A DNA stretch of 64,000 nt from Candidatus Woesearchaeota archaeon. Lineage in GTDB: Archaea; Nanobdellota; Nanobdellia; Pacearchaeales; GW2011-AR1. Position numbers and translations under genes: made by a program. The notes below the pieces were generated by a model that saw nothing but the letters and a program-made list of their open reading frames with translations, was not told the origin of the DNA and ran no database searches. The stretch covers positions 8,248-72,247 of the forward strand of contig CAZGIL010000001.1 of assembly GCA_964526265.1 (NCBI GenBank), in the 5' to 3' direction. Positions 28,527 through 38,166 of this stretch are shown one piece after another (the stretch's first letter is position 1; each line of letters begins with the position of its first letter).

Positions 28527-29590
28527 TCACTCATTCTCATCTTCTCTAACTCTTCTGCAAGAATTCTCACCTTATCTCCAATTACATGCGTTAAGTTATC
28601 AAACTTCTTAACCATAATTCCTTCGAGGTTTCCCAATTCCTTAATTACTTTGGCAGCTTCGGCTTCAGAAAGACTTGTTTTTGAAAGTATCCTCCAACCC
28701 CTTATCTCTCCGGAGGCATTTGGATTCTCATAACCCAATATCCTACATATAACTTCTTCATCAAGAATTTCATCATAAGAAAGATTATCTAAAATCAACT
28801 TCGAACGTTTAATTTCTAATTTAGCGTAATCCTTAATAACCAAATCCGTCTCCTTATCCACTCCGAGAGTTATCTCTTTTAACCTAATCTTAAGAAGAGT
28901 CCCTTCCTTCCCCACCTCAACTGAGTTTTTCTTCAATTCAGAAAAAAGTTTCTGGATAAGTTTTCCTTTCTGAATTAAATTAATTGCCTGTTTAAGATTA
29001 AAATAATTTTTCAATTCCAACCTGTTCAACTTTTCAACTCCCCTATCAAATAAATCCCTCTGTTTTTCCAAAATCTGAAGATTCTCGTTAGCTTTTCTAA
29101 GAAGTTCTCCCGCATCGATAATTGGATACCTCATATTTTTATAATAAAGAGTAATTTCGTTTTTTCTTTGCGAAATAGCAATTGTTAAAGTTCCAGCTTG
29201 TTTAGCAGTTCTCTCTGCCGCCTTATGTCTGGTTCCAGTCTCGTGGGTTCTTATTCTGCTATCGGGAATTAGAAGAACATTTGAGTGAGTAATTCTTTTC
29301 ATATCCTTACTTAAGATAATCGCTCCGTCCATTTTTGAAAGCTCCATAAGTTTTTGAGGAGTAAACTTACAATTAATTCTAAACCCCCCCTCGAATAAAG
29401 GAAAAGTATTTTCATTCTCTATAACAATCAGAGCACCGTTACCAATCTTCAAAGAACCATCCAACCCCACACGTAAATTTGTACCAGGAGCCACATTTTT
29501 TAAAACGGATAAAAACTCTTCCTCACTAGTTTCCATATTTTTAGAATTAGCCTCAACTATATGTTTCTGTACCTCTTTTTTTTGCTCCAT
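28523..29590 (-). CDS. disA: DisA-like diadenylate cyclase (DAC domain plus C-terminal helical/HhH region)
   Basis: DAC-domain motifs DGAIIL and HETGTRHKAAERTA (the DGA and GTRHRAA boxes of c-di-AMP synthases). ~355 aa, DisA-like. C-terminal HhH-like segment. Confidence 0.7.
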   Translation of the reverse strand: MEQKKEVQKHIVEANSKNMETSEEEFLSVLKNVAPGTNLRVGLDGSLKIGNGALIVIENENTFPLFEGGFRINCKFTPQKLMELSKMDGAIILSKDMKRITHSNVLLIPDSRIRTHETGTRHKAAERTAKQAGTLTIAISQRKNEITLYYKNMRYPIIDAGELLRKANENLQILEKQRDLFDRGVEKLNRLELKNYFNLKQAINLIQKGKLIQKLFSELKKNSVEVGKEGTLLKIRLKEITLGVDKETDLVIKDYAKLEIKRSKLILDNLSYDEILDEEVICRILGYENPNASGEIRGWRILSKTSLSEAEAAKVIKELGNLEGIMVKKFDNLTHVIGDKVRILAEELEKMRMSD

Positions 29591-29668
29591 TTTTTAACCC
29601 GAATATTCTAACATATTGTACTTAAAAAACTTTAGTATAAAACAGGAGATATTTCCTACAACAGAAAG

Positions 29669-29742
29669 TGAGACTGCACGGATTTGAACCGTGGACCCCT
29701 GCCTTATCAGAGCAGTGCTCTACCAAGCTGAGCTACAGCCTC
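29669..29742 (-). tRNA. tRNA-Ile (anticodon GAT), intron-less, CCA not encoded
   Basis: Reverse complement GAGGCTG-TA-GCTC-AGCTTGGTA-GAGC-A-CTGCT-CTGATAA-GGCAG-GGGTC-CACGG-TTCAAAT-CCGTG-CAGTCTC-A folds as a canonical cloverleaf. Confidence 0.8.
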
Positions 29743-29841
29743 ATCTACTCCAAAAACACCCAGAGTAGATTTATAAAAGTTATGAAAACATCCCACAACC
29801 TTTTTAAACCAATTTTATCACTAATCACTATGGTTAAAGGA

Positions 29842-30402
29842 ATGTACCAATATCTAAGACAGGCATGGAAAAAGCCAGATAGAGAAACTCTTAGAAAGAG
29901 AATGATTGAATGGAGAAAAACAGATACTATCGTAAATGTTGATAAACCCCTCAGATTAGACAGAGCAAGAGCGCTTGGATACAAGGCAAAGAAGGGTTTT
30001 GTTGTTCTTAGAGTTAGAGTCGGAAGAGGGGGACACAAGGGAAAGAAACCAAATAGAGGAAGAAGAAGTAAGAGACAGACAAACAGAAAAAACCTAAAAA
30101 TGAGTTATCAGTGGATTGCAGAACAAAGAGCTGGAAGAAAATATAATAATCTTGAAGTTTTAAATTCATACAAAATAGGAAAAGACGGGATGTTCTATTT
30201 CTACGAAGTTATTCTTGTAGACCCTCAGCGCCCAGAAATAAAGAATGATAAGACGATTAACTGGATAACAAAGCCAGGAAACAGAGGACGTCCATTCAGA
30301 GGAATTACTTCTGCAGGAAAGAAATCAAGAGGAATAATGAACAAGCATCCAACTTCTAAAGTAAAGGGCGGAGTAAGAGCCGGCGGAAGATTGGGTAAAT
30401 AG
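29842..30402 (+). CDS. rpl15e: 50S ribosomal protein L15e
   Basis: MYQYLRQAWKKPD... with a conserved basic core. Start chosen at the Met preceded by AAAGGA, downstream of the convergent tRNA. The track ORF begins inside the tRNA and is over-extended. Confidence 0.8.
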   Translation: MYQYLRQAWKKPDRETLRKRMIEWRKTDTIVNVDKPLRLDRARALGYKAKKGFVVLRVRVGRGGHKGKKPNRGRRSKRQTNRKNLKMSYQWIAEQRAGRKYNNLEVLNSYKIGKDGMFYFYEVILVDPQRPEIKNDKTINWITKPGNRGRPFRGITSAGKKSRGIMNKHPTSKVKGGVRAGGRLGK

Positions 30403-30441
30403 TTACAATAATTATTTAAGGGGCATAATTCTTTATTTATA

Positions 30442-30708
30442 ATGAAAAAGAGTTTTTCGAGAGAAGAAGCAAAAGAAATTGGTGAGCAACTTGGAATTAC
30501 TTGGGACAAATATGACATTGAACAATTCCGTATGGGAATGGATGTTGAACTTGAACACGGAACAGTTGACTCAAATACCAATGTTACAGACGACGACCCA
30601 CTAAAAACAGGAAAGATTGCACTAGCACATCTCAATGAAATTCCGGATTACTACACTCGTCTAGCAGAAATGGAAAAGGAAGGCGAAGCTGCGCTAGAAG
30701 CAAGCTAA
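30442..30708 (+). CDS. Hypothetical acidic protein (88 aa)
   Basis: Clean ORF. Local GC slightly elevated. No motif recognised. Confidence 0.35.
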   Translation: MKKSFSREEAKEIGEQLGITWDKYDIEQFRMGMDVELEHGTVDSNTNVTDDDPLKTGKIALAHLNEIPDYYTRLAEMEKEGEAALEAS

Positions 30709-30739
30709 ACCTTAAAAACATCTCAAACTTAATTCTTCC

Positions 30740-30952
30740 ATGATAAGCATTTTCAGATTGATGGGGGCTCTTGGCATCCTGCTAATTTCAATTGGTATAA
30801 TCAATAAAAAAAGAAAAAACCAAAATCTGCTCTATATTTTTGGAGGAATTTGCCTTCTCACATATAGCATTTATATAAGAGATACAATTTTTATTATATT
30901 ACAGATAATTTTCACACTAGCAGCTATTTACGCTCTTAAAATAACAAAATGA
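30740..30952 (+). CDS. Small two-TM membrane protein (hypothetical)
   Basis: 70 aa, two hydrophobic helices. Overlaps the ligase start by 4 nt. Confidence 0.25.
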   Translation: MISIFRLMGALGILLISIGIINKKRKNQNLLYIFGGICLLTYSIYIRDTIFIILQIIFTLAAIYALKITK

Positions 30953-32658
30953 GGTATCAAAAACTTGCAGAACTTTATGAAGCATTAGGATTGACAACGA
31001 AGAGATTAGAAAAAACCGACATTCTCTCAAAATTCTTAGAAGAAGTTTCGGAAGAAGACAGCGAACTTATGTATCTTCTTTTAGGAGATATTTACCCTTC
31101 CTACAACGAGAAAAAAATAGGAATAAGCAATCAGCTCGCAATACAAGCAATTTCTAAATCAACAGGAGTGGATAAAGAACAAGTAGTAAAGGAATGGAAG
31201 AGAATCGGAGATATTGGAAAGGTTGCCGAAGAACTCTCAAAGAAAAAACGCCAATCAACTCTCCATTCCCAAGGAGTTTTAATAACAAACAAAGTACTAG
31301 AAAATTTAAGAAAACTTCCAGAGCTAGAGGGAAAAGGAACTGTGGGGAAAAAACTAGCCCTAATAACCGAGATGCTATCTCAAGCTTCTCACTTGGAAGC
31401 CTTGTACCTAATAAGAACTCTAATCGGAGATTTAAGAATGGGCGTTCAGGAATCAACAATAAGAGATGCAATCGCTAAGGCTTTTTTCAGAGGAAGAGAA
31501 GATTCAAAAGAGGTTCAGGAAGCAATTGACAAATCCAACGACCTAGCAAAAGTTTTCAACGCCGCAAAAAAAGGAAAACTGAAAGAACTAGGAAAAATAG
31601 AATTAGAGGTAGGCAAACCAATAAAAGCCATGCTCGCAAACAAAGAAACAAATATTGAAGAGGGATTTAAAGTGGTAGGAAGTCCAGCAGCAGTTGAATA
31701 CAAATATGATGGCTTCAGATTAATTATTCATAAAAAAGGAAATGAGGTAAAACTTTTCACAAGAAAATTAGAAAATGTAAGTAAACAATTTCCAGAAGTT
31801 GTTGAATATATAAACAAATATGTTAAAGGAAAAGATTTCATTCTAGACTCCGAGGCAGTAGGCTTTGATTCTAAAACAAAAGAATATCGTCCTTTCCAAG
31901 AAATCTCTCAGAGAATAAGAAGAAAATACTCAATAGAAGAAATAAGAGAAAAACTTCCGGTGGAAGTTAATATATTTGATGTTCTCTACCACAACGGAAA
32001 ATCCATCATGGAAGAACCCTTCAAAAAACGTTCTGAATTGGTTTCAAAAATAATAGTAAATAAACCCTTCAAAATAATAAGAGCAAAACAAATAATAACC
32101 AACAACGTAGAAAAAGCAGAAGAATTCTACAAAAAAGCTCTTGCAGACAATCAAGAGGGAGTTATGATGAAAAATTTAGAATCCCCCTATCAACCAGGAA
32201 GGCGTGTTGGAAATATGATTAAAATAAAACCCGAAGAAAAAGATTTGGATTTGGTAATAACTGGAGCAGAATACGGTGCAGGAAAAAGAGGAGGATGGAT
32301 GTCCAGCTTCATAATCTCTTGTTATGACGAAAAAACAAAAAAATTCTTAGAAATTGGAAAAGTTGGAACAGGAATAAAAGAAAAATCAGAATTAGGAGTC
32401 TCTTTTGGAGAATTAACGGATCTTCTTACTCCTTTAATAACTTCAGAAAAAGGAAAAAGTGTTAAAATAAAACCAAAAATTGTTGTTTCTGTTACCTATC
32501 AAGAAATCCAAAGAAGCCCAAACTACCCCTCTGGATTTGCATTAAGATTCCCGAGAGTTACAGCCTTGCGTCCGGATAGAAGAGCAAATGAAATTAATAC
32601 TTTAAAAGAAATTGAAAAAGATTACGAAAAGCAAAAAAGAAATTATGTTTACGGATAA
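30949..32658 (+). CDS. lig: ATP-dependent DNA ligase
   Basis: Adenylation motif I KYDGFRL. Motif-containing segments EGVMMK and LDLVITGAEYGAGKR. ~570 aa, typical of archaeal Lig. Confidence 0.9.
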   Translation: MRYQKLAELYEALGLTTKRLEKTDILSKFLEEVSEEDSELMYLLLGDIYPSYNEKKIGISNQLAIQAISKSTGVDKEQVVKEWKRIGDIGKVAEELSKKKRQSTLHSQGVLITNKVLENLRKLPELEGKGTVGKKLALITEMLSQASHLEALYLIRTLIGDLRMGVQESTIRDAIAKAFFRGREDSKEVQEAIDKSNDLAKVFNAAKKGKLKELGKIELEVGKPIKAMLANKETNIEEGFKVVGSPAAVEYKYDGFRLIIHKKGNEVKLFTRKLENVSKQFPEVVEYINKYVKGKDFILDSEAVGFDSKTKEYRPFQEISQRIRRKYSIEEIREKLPVEVNIFDVLYHNGKSIMEEPFKKRSELVSKIIVNKPFKIIRAKQIITNNVEKAEEFYKKALADNQEGVMMKNLESPYQPGRRVGNMIKIKPEEKDLDLVITGAEYGAGKRGGWMSSFIISCYDEKTKKFLEIGKVGTGIKEKSELGVSFGELTDLLTPLITSEKGKSVKIKPKIVVSVTYQEIQRSPNYPSGFALRFPRVTALRPDRRANEINTLKEIEKDYEKQKRNYVYG

Positions 32659-32702
32659 AAGATAATCTCAACCTTTATAAATTTCTCAAACATTCTCTTA
32701 TT

Positions 32703-34427
32703 ATGAAAAAGAGAGGTTCGGGTTATCTTGCATTAACATTAATAGTTTTAGCCATATTTGGTTTTTTAGTAATCGACTATATGCAAACAGCAGGAAATTT
32801 TTCTTTCACAGGAAAAGTAATCTCCCCCATTATTCCTGAAGACTGTTCAGATGCAAGTGTAAAAACAATTTGGGACTCAATTTTTAAGGAGAGTAGTAAT
32901 GGGATATCTATTCAAACAAACGGAACAGTTGTAAATGAAAGATGCGCCGAATTCTATGCTTACAAAACAATAGGAGATTCAAAATATATACTGGAAGAAA
33001 AATATTACAGTTCCTCTCCAGAAATAACAATTAATGCCTACCATTTAAATTCCAGTATAACTCTTCCAGCAACACCAAGCGAAGCAAGAAATTTTAACTT
33101 CGGTTCAGATAACGCTACTTCCCGAAGCCTAACAGATGAAACAGCAAATTCAACTTTTATAAGCATATTCAAAGAAGATAATATAACATGGACGAACGAA
33201 GGAACTTATCTTTACTTTGAAAAAGACCTAACAAACTCCTCTGCAGAAATGTTAATAAAAGGAACAGTTTACAAAACCCTGTCCTACGAATATTTAGGAA
33301 TAGAAATTACTCCAACCAATTCCTGTTCTCCAAACTGGACTGCCGTAAACGCCTCCTGTAATTCAAGCGATACCCTAGAAGTTTGGTACAACGATTCCAA
33401 TTCATGCGATACAAGTTCGGAAAAACCAGATAATAAAACAGAAGATTGCGATTATAATTCAAACGGGATAATTGGGAATTCAAATTCCTTCACCAATTCA
33501 AATCTTAATATTACTCTTTACATAGATTCTTCCGAAGCAAATTTCTCAAAAATCTATAATACAACAAAACAAGTAGAACTAAAAGAAGGAAATATCTCAA
33601 GGATTTCTTTCAGTTACAATTTCTCAAACACACTTAACCTAAATGAGATAGAGATTATAAAACAAAACTCCTCCTCGGAATTTGGGTATCTTATTGTTAA
33701 TGGGGTAGAAGAAGAAAAAACCTTTTATGTTGATAAGAAAATTTCAAGAAGCAATAGGATTTGTATAAAGAATGCTTTCACCTCTTCAATCACCGCTTTT
33801 TCTGAAGAGTGCAACTCCTCAAATGAATATCTAATTAATTGCCCCGGAACAAACTCCTTATTCGAATGCAATATTTCAGGAAGCTACTTCGTCGTTTCTG
33901 GATTAACCCATTCTGCTGTAAAAGAAATTATAAGTAATTGTAATCCGCAATGGAACTGTACCTCATGGTCTTCATGTATCTCAGGAAACCAGATACGTTC
34001 TTGCATAGATACCAACTTTTGCGGAATAATCTCAGGAAAACCCGCAGAAAATCAAACTTGTGCGGTTTGTATCCCAAATCCAAATTGCATAGATTGGCTT
34101 CCAAAAACCTGCCCAAAAAATGGAACCCAAACAAGAACTTGTATAGATTTAAACAATTGTGGAACAATTCCTCCAGAAACAAGAGATTGTGAGTACAAAA
34201 AGATTCCAGTCTGGTTAATTATCCTGGGAGTAGTAATCCTCCTAGGAGGAATTATTATTATGATAATCCTTTTAGTGAGCTCCGGAAGAAAAAAAGACTC
34301 TCAACAAAACAACCAAGATAATCCTTACCGTCCGTTCCCAGGACAAGGACAGATACAGCAACCGCAAAGCAACCAAATGATACAAAATCCACAAAACCAG
34401 TACAACAATAATCCTTGGAAAAAATAA
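32703..34427 (+). CDS. Surface-anchored Asn/Ser/Thr-rich glycoprotein candidate with tandem Cys-rich repeats and C-terminal TM anchor
   Basis: N-terminal signal/anchor. Dozens of N-x-S/T sequons. Two ~35-aa repeats C-x-P-x-W/N-C...C...Q/T-x-R-S/T-C-I-D-x-N-x-CG. TM helix then a Q/P-rich tail. Confidence 0.5.
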   Translation: MKKRGSGYLALTLIVLAIFGFLVIDYMQTAGNFSFTGKVISPIIPEDCSDASVKTIWDSIFKESSNGISIQTNGTVVNERCAEFYAYKTIGDSKYILEEKYYSSSPEITINAYHLNSSITLPATPSEARNFNFGSDNATSRSLTDETANSTFISIFKEDNITWTNEGTYLYFEKDLTNSSAEMLIKGTVYKTLSYEYLGIEITPTNSCSPNWTAVNASCNSSDTLEVWYNDSNSCDTSSEKPDNKTEDCDYNSNGIIGNSNSFTNSNLNITLYIDSSEANFSKIYNTTKQVELKEGNISRISFSYNFSNTLNLNEIEIIKQNSSSEFGYLIVNGVEEEKTFYVDKKISRSNRICIKNAFTSSITAFSEECNSSNEYLINCPGTNSLFECNISGSYFVVSGLTHSAVKEIISNCNPQWNCTSWSSCISGNQIRSCIDTNFCGIISGKPAENQTCAVCIPNPNCIDWLPKTCPKNGTQTRTCIDLNNCGTIPPETRDCEYKKIPVWLIILGVVILLGGIIIMIILLVSSGRKKDSQQNNQDNPYRPFPGQGQIQQPQSNQMIQNPQNQYNNNPWKK

Positions 34428-34478
34428 ATTTTTCATTTAAAAACCTTTATAAACCCCTCGAGCCCCTTATAAATAACA

Positions 34479-35036
34479 ATGTCAGGCGAATCATCTTATA
34501 AAGTTCAAAATATTGTAGCAACCGCTTCTTTGGAAAAACCTGTTCCTTTAACAAAACTAGCAAAAACTAACCCTAACACAGAATACAACCCAGAAACTTT
34601 TCCGGGATTAGTTTTAAGGATAAAAGAGCCAAAATCCGCAGTTTTAGTATTCTCTTCGGGAAATCTTGTTTGTACAGGAACAAAATCAACCGCACAAGTT
34701 AAACAAGTAATTCAGGAAGTAATAAAACAACTTAAAAAAATCAATGTTAAAGTAACAACAAAGCCAAAAATAACCGTTCAGAACATTGTTGCTTCAGGAA
34801 CAATAAATCTTAAACTTAATCTTAACTTCCTTGCATTAGAAATGCAGAATACAGAATACGAACCAGAACAATTTCCGGGTTTGGTTTACAAACTGATGGA
34901 GCCAAACGCTACTTTCTTGTTATTCTCTAACGGAAAGCTTGTTTGTACCGGAACAAAGAACAAGCAGCAGCTAGATGAAAGCATGAAACAGCTTTTAAAA
35001 GATGTCAAGACTGCGTTGAAGAACTATAAGAAATAA
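34479..35036 (+). CDS. tbp: TATA-box binding protein
   Basis: Two direct repeats (KVQNIVATASL... and TVQNIVASGTI...), each ending in LVCTGTK. Canonical TBP. Confidence 0.9.
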   Translation: MSGESSYKVQNIVATASLEKPVPLTKLAKTNPNTEYNPETFPGLVLRIKEPKSAVLVFSSGNLVCTGTKSTAQVKQVIQEVIKQLKKINVKVTTKPKITVQNIVASGTINLKLNLNFLALEMQNTEYEPEQFPGLVYKLMEPNATFLLFSNGKLVCTGTKNKQQLDESMKQLLKDVKTALKNYKK

Positions 35037-35128
35037 TCAACCACTCAAGCGAGAAGGGTTACCAATCCATTTAAAACTACTTTTAAATCACCATAAATCT
35101 ATAAAAAGCCAGCATATATTTCTTTTAT

Positions 35129-37201
35129 ATGGAAGAAGAGGCAGAGGGCGAACTATCTTCCCAGATAGCCCCGGATGTAAAGAAAAAAGGTATGAAGAGA
35201 GAAGAGTTAATAATAGAGGCCAAAAACTTCTTTGATTTTCACAAAAAAGAGCTTGGAGCCTCAATGAGGAAAGCCGATAATGTTATTTTCCTTGATTTCC
35301 TTAAACTAACCGAATTCTCAAACATCCTTTCTGATGAAATACTCTCCAATCCAGAAGAAACTCTTAGATTAGTGGAACAAGCAATCGAAGAATCTGGCTT
35401 AGTAAGTAATGTAAGGGTTAGATTATTTAATCTCTCGAAAAGCGAGGAACTAAAAATAAGAAATATTCGTTCAAGAAACCTAGATGAAATGATAGTAATT
35501 GAAGGACTAATCAGACAAGCCTCGGATGTTCGTCCTCAAGTTGTTAACGCAAAATTTGAGTGTCCTTCATGTGGAACCGTAATCGCGGTTTTACAAATGG
35601 AAAAGAAATTCCGCGAGCCCTCACGCTGTTCTTGTGGTAGAAGAGGAGGATTTAAATTAATAAGTAAAGAGATGGTTGACACTCAAAGACTTGTAATTGA
35701 AGAGTCTCCAGACTCTCTAACGGGAGGAGAACAACCCAAAAGAATAAACGTTTTTGTTAAAGAAGATTTAGTTGAACCAAAAATGGAAGAAAAAACAACT
35801 CCCGGGAGCAGAGTAAAGGTGATAGGAATTTTAAAAGAAGTTCCAGTACCTCTTCAAACGGGCGGACTCTCAACAAGGTTCGAACTAGCAGTTGAAGCAA
35901 ATAATTTAATTCCACTAGAAGAAACTTTTGAAGAATTAGATATTAACGATGAAGATGAAAGACAAATTTTGGAATTAGCAGAAGACCCAGAAATATTCAA
36001 CAAACTTGCAAAGAGCATCTGCCCAAGTGTCTGGGGCTATGAAGAGATAAAAAAATCCCTCGTTCTACAATTATTTTCGGGAGTTCAGAAAAAGAGAGCG
36101 AATGGGGTAAAAGACAGGGGAGATATGCATATTCTTTTAATTGGAGATCCGGGTGTTGCAAAATCGGTTATGCTTGGTTTCATGGCAAACATCTCTCCAA
36201 AGGGAAGATATGTTGTGGGTAAGTCGGCATCAGGAGCGGGGCTTACAGCAACAGTAGTTAGAGATGAGTATCTTAAGGGATGGAGCTTAGAAGCCGGTGC
36301 AATGGTTCTTGCAAATAAAGGACTAGTCTGTATAGATGAATTAGAGAAGATGGATCCACAGGACAGAAGTGCCATGCATGAAGCAATGGAGCAACAAACA
36401 GTTACAATTTCTAAAGCAAATGTTCAAGCTTCCCTAAGAGCGGAAACTTCGGTTTTGGCTGCAGCAAATCCCAAATTCGGGAGATTTGACCCCTATCAAA
36501 CGGTTGCACAACAGATAGATTTACCCCCCACACTAATTAACCGTTTTGATATTATCTTCACCATGAGAGACATTCCAGATAAAGAAAAAGATGAAAGAAT
36601 TGCTCTTCACGTTTTGCATGAACATCAAAAAGAAGGAGAGGGGATGCTCATTCCAAGAGAACTATTCAGAAAATATGTTGCCTACGCAAAACAAAGAGTA
36701 AAACCTGTACTAAGCGATGAAGCGGTTGCGGAGTTAAGAAAATTCTATGTTGATTTAAGAAATCGTCCGGTTTCTTCCGAAGCCGCAGTACGTCCAATTC
36801 CAATCTCTGCAAGACAGTTAGGAGCTTTAATAAGAATGTCCGAAGCTTCCGCAAAGATGAGATTATCAAAAACAGTAACAACACTAGATACCGACAGAGC
36901 AATTGAGATTATGAAATACTACTTAATGCAGGTAGGTTATGACTATGAAACAAAATCTTTTGACATAGATAAGATTTCTACCGGAATCTCAACTTCAAAA
37001 AGAAGTAAAATATTTGGGGTAAGAGAAACCCTTAATGAATTAGAGGGCAGATTAGGAAAACTTATTCCAATCGAAGAACTTGAAAAAGAGTTAGAAGGTA
37101 AAATGACAAAAGATGAAATAGAAGAAGCCCTAACTAAATTGCAATCCTCTGGGGATGTCTTCCGTCCAAGAAGAGGATACATTCAGAGAACTTCAGGATG
37201 A
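35129..37201 (+). CDS. mcm: MCM replicative helicase
   Basis: Zn finger CPSCG...CSCG. Walker A IGDPGVAKS. Walker B CIDELEKM. Arg finger SRFD. C-terminal winged helix. Confidence 0.9.
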   Translation: MEEEAEGELSSQIAPDVKKKGMKREELIIEAKNFFDFHKKELGASMRKADNVIFLDFLKLTEFSNILSDEILSNPEETLRLVEQAIEESGLVSNVRVRLFNLSKSEELKIRNIRSRNLDEMIVIEGLIRQASDVRPQVVNAKFECPSCGTVIAVLQMEKKFREPSRCSCGRRGGFKLISKEMVDTQRLVIEESPDSLTGGEQPKRINVFVKEDLVEPKMEEKTTPGSRVKVIGILKEVPVPLQTGGLSTRFELAVEANNLIPLEETFEELDINDEDERQILELAEDPEIFNKLAKSICPSVWGYEEIKKSLVLQLFSGVQKKRANGVKDRGDMHILLIGDPGVAKSVMLGFMANISPKGRYVVGKSASGAGLTATVVRDEYLKGWSLEAGAMVLANKGLVCIDELEKMDPQDRSAMHEAMEQQTVTISKANVQASLRAETSVLAAANPKFGRFDPYQTVAQQIDLPPTLINRFDIIFTMRDIPDKEKDERIALHVLHEHQKEGEGMLIPRELFRKYVAYAKQRVKPVLSDEAVAELRKFYVDLRNRPVSSEAAVRPIPISARQLGALIRMSEASAKMRLSKTVTTLDTDRAIEIMKYYLMQVGYDYETKSFDIDKISTGISTSKRSKIFGVRETLNELEGRLGKLIPIEELEKELEGKMTKDEIEEALTKLQSSGDVFRPRRGYIQRTSG

Positions 37202-37641
37202 AAGCAATTATCCCAAAAAGAGAGTTTCTATCAACAGTATATATAGTAAAAGATGGAAAAGTGCTTTTAACATTCAATAAGAAAGTTAAGAAATTTGTTC
37301 CCTTGGGAGGGCATATAGACGAAAACGAACTTCCGTGTGAATGCGCAATAAGAGAAGCAAAAGAAGAAAGTGGGTTTGATATTCAACTTGTTAACCCAAG
37401 AGAATACGGAAGAAAAGAATTAATACAAAATTTAGATATTGGGCTGGATGTAATAAAATCAGACCACCATCACATAAATATCTCCTATATTGGGGAAATA
37501 ATTGGGGGAAATCAACTTAATGAATCTGATGAAGAAACAGAACTGAGGTGGTTTTCTCCTGAAGAATTAAAAAACTGCCAAGAAACATTCAATAATACTA
37601 AAGGAGCGGGATTAAAAGCAATAGAGATAATGAATAAATGA
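37198..37641 (+). CDS. NUDIX hydrolase
   Basis: Nudix box GGHIDENELPCECAIREAKEESG (GX5EX7REUXEEXGU). ATGA overlap with the mcm stop. Confidence 0.75.
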   Translation: MKAIIPKREFLSTVYIVKDGKVLLTFNKKVKKFVPLGGHIDENELPCECAIREAKEESGFDIQLVNPREYGRKELIQNLDIGLDVIKSDHHHINISYIGEIIGGNQLNESDEETELRWFSPEELKNCQETFNNTKGAGLKAIEIMNK

Positions 37642-38165
37642 AAATCGCATTCTTCGGAACACACGGAACGGGAAAGACAACCCTAGCACACGAGCTAATG
37701 TCAAAATTAAAGAAAACTGGGGTAGATGCCGGATTTGTTGGAGAGGTAGCAAGAAACTGTCCGTTTCCAATAAATGAAGGAACAACAAAAAAATCCCAGA
37801 TATGGATAATTCTAAATCAAATAATAAAAGAACTCGAAGCCGAAGAAAAATCCGATGTCTTGATATGTGATAGAAGCGTTCTGGATGGTTATATTTATTA
37901 TGTAAATAAATTTGGACGCTCAAATGTACTTGAACCGTTAGTAAAGGAACACCTAAAAACTTACAAGCGCCTCGTTAAGGTACCAATAAGAGGGGGTTTT
38001 TTAAAAAAAGACAAAGTGCGTTCAACGGACAAAGAATTTAAAAAAAGAATAGATTTACAATTCAATAAGTTACTAAAGGTTTTAAAAGTCAAGTATACAG
38101 AATTAAATAAGGAAGATAAGACTGATGAACAGATTGTGTTAAGAGTTTTATCGACTCTAGAATAA
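37638..38165 (+). CDS. Small P-loop NTPase (AAA_28/NadR-kinase-like)
   Basis: Walker A KIAFFGTHGTGKTTLAHEL. Walker B VLICDRS. 4-nt overlap with the upstream NUDIX gene. Confidence 0.5.
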   Translation: MKIAFFGTHGTGKTTLAHELMSKLKKTGVDAGFVGEVARNCPFPINEGTTKKSQIWIILNQIIKELEAEEKSDVLICDRSVLDGYIYYVNKFGRSNVLEPLVKEHLKTYKRLVKVPIRGGFLKKDKVRSTDKEFKKRIDLQFNKLLKVLKVKYTELNKEDKTDEQIVLRVLSTLE

Positions 38166-38166
38166 A

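Noticed and set aside
29668-29841. Upstream extension of the L15e ORF (track start 29668)
   Set aside because: The extension overlaps the convergent tRNA-Ile gene. L15e similarity begins at MYQYLRQAWKK.
30225-30635. 136-aa minus-strand ORF
   Set aside because: Antisense across the L15e 3' end and the downstream small gene. Low-complexity Ser/Pro translation.
31154-31478. Two ~100-aa ORFs on both strands inside the DNA ligase gene
   Set aside because: Alternate-frame/antisense overlaps of a high-confidence gene.
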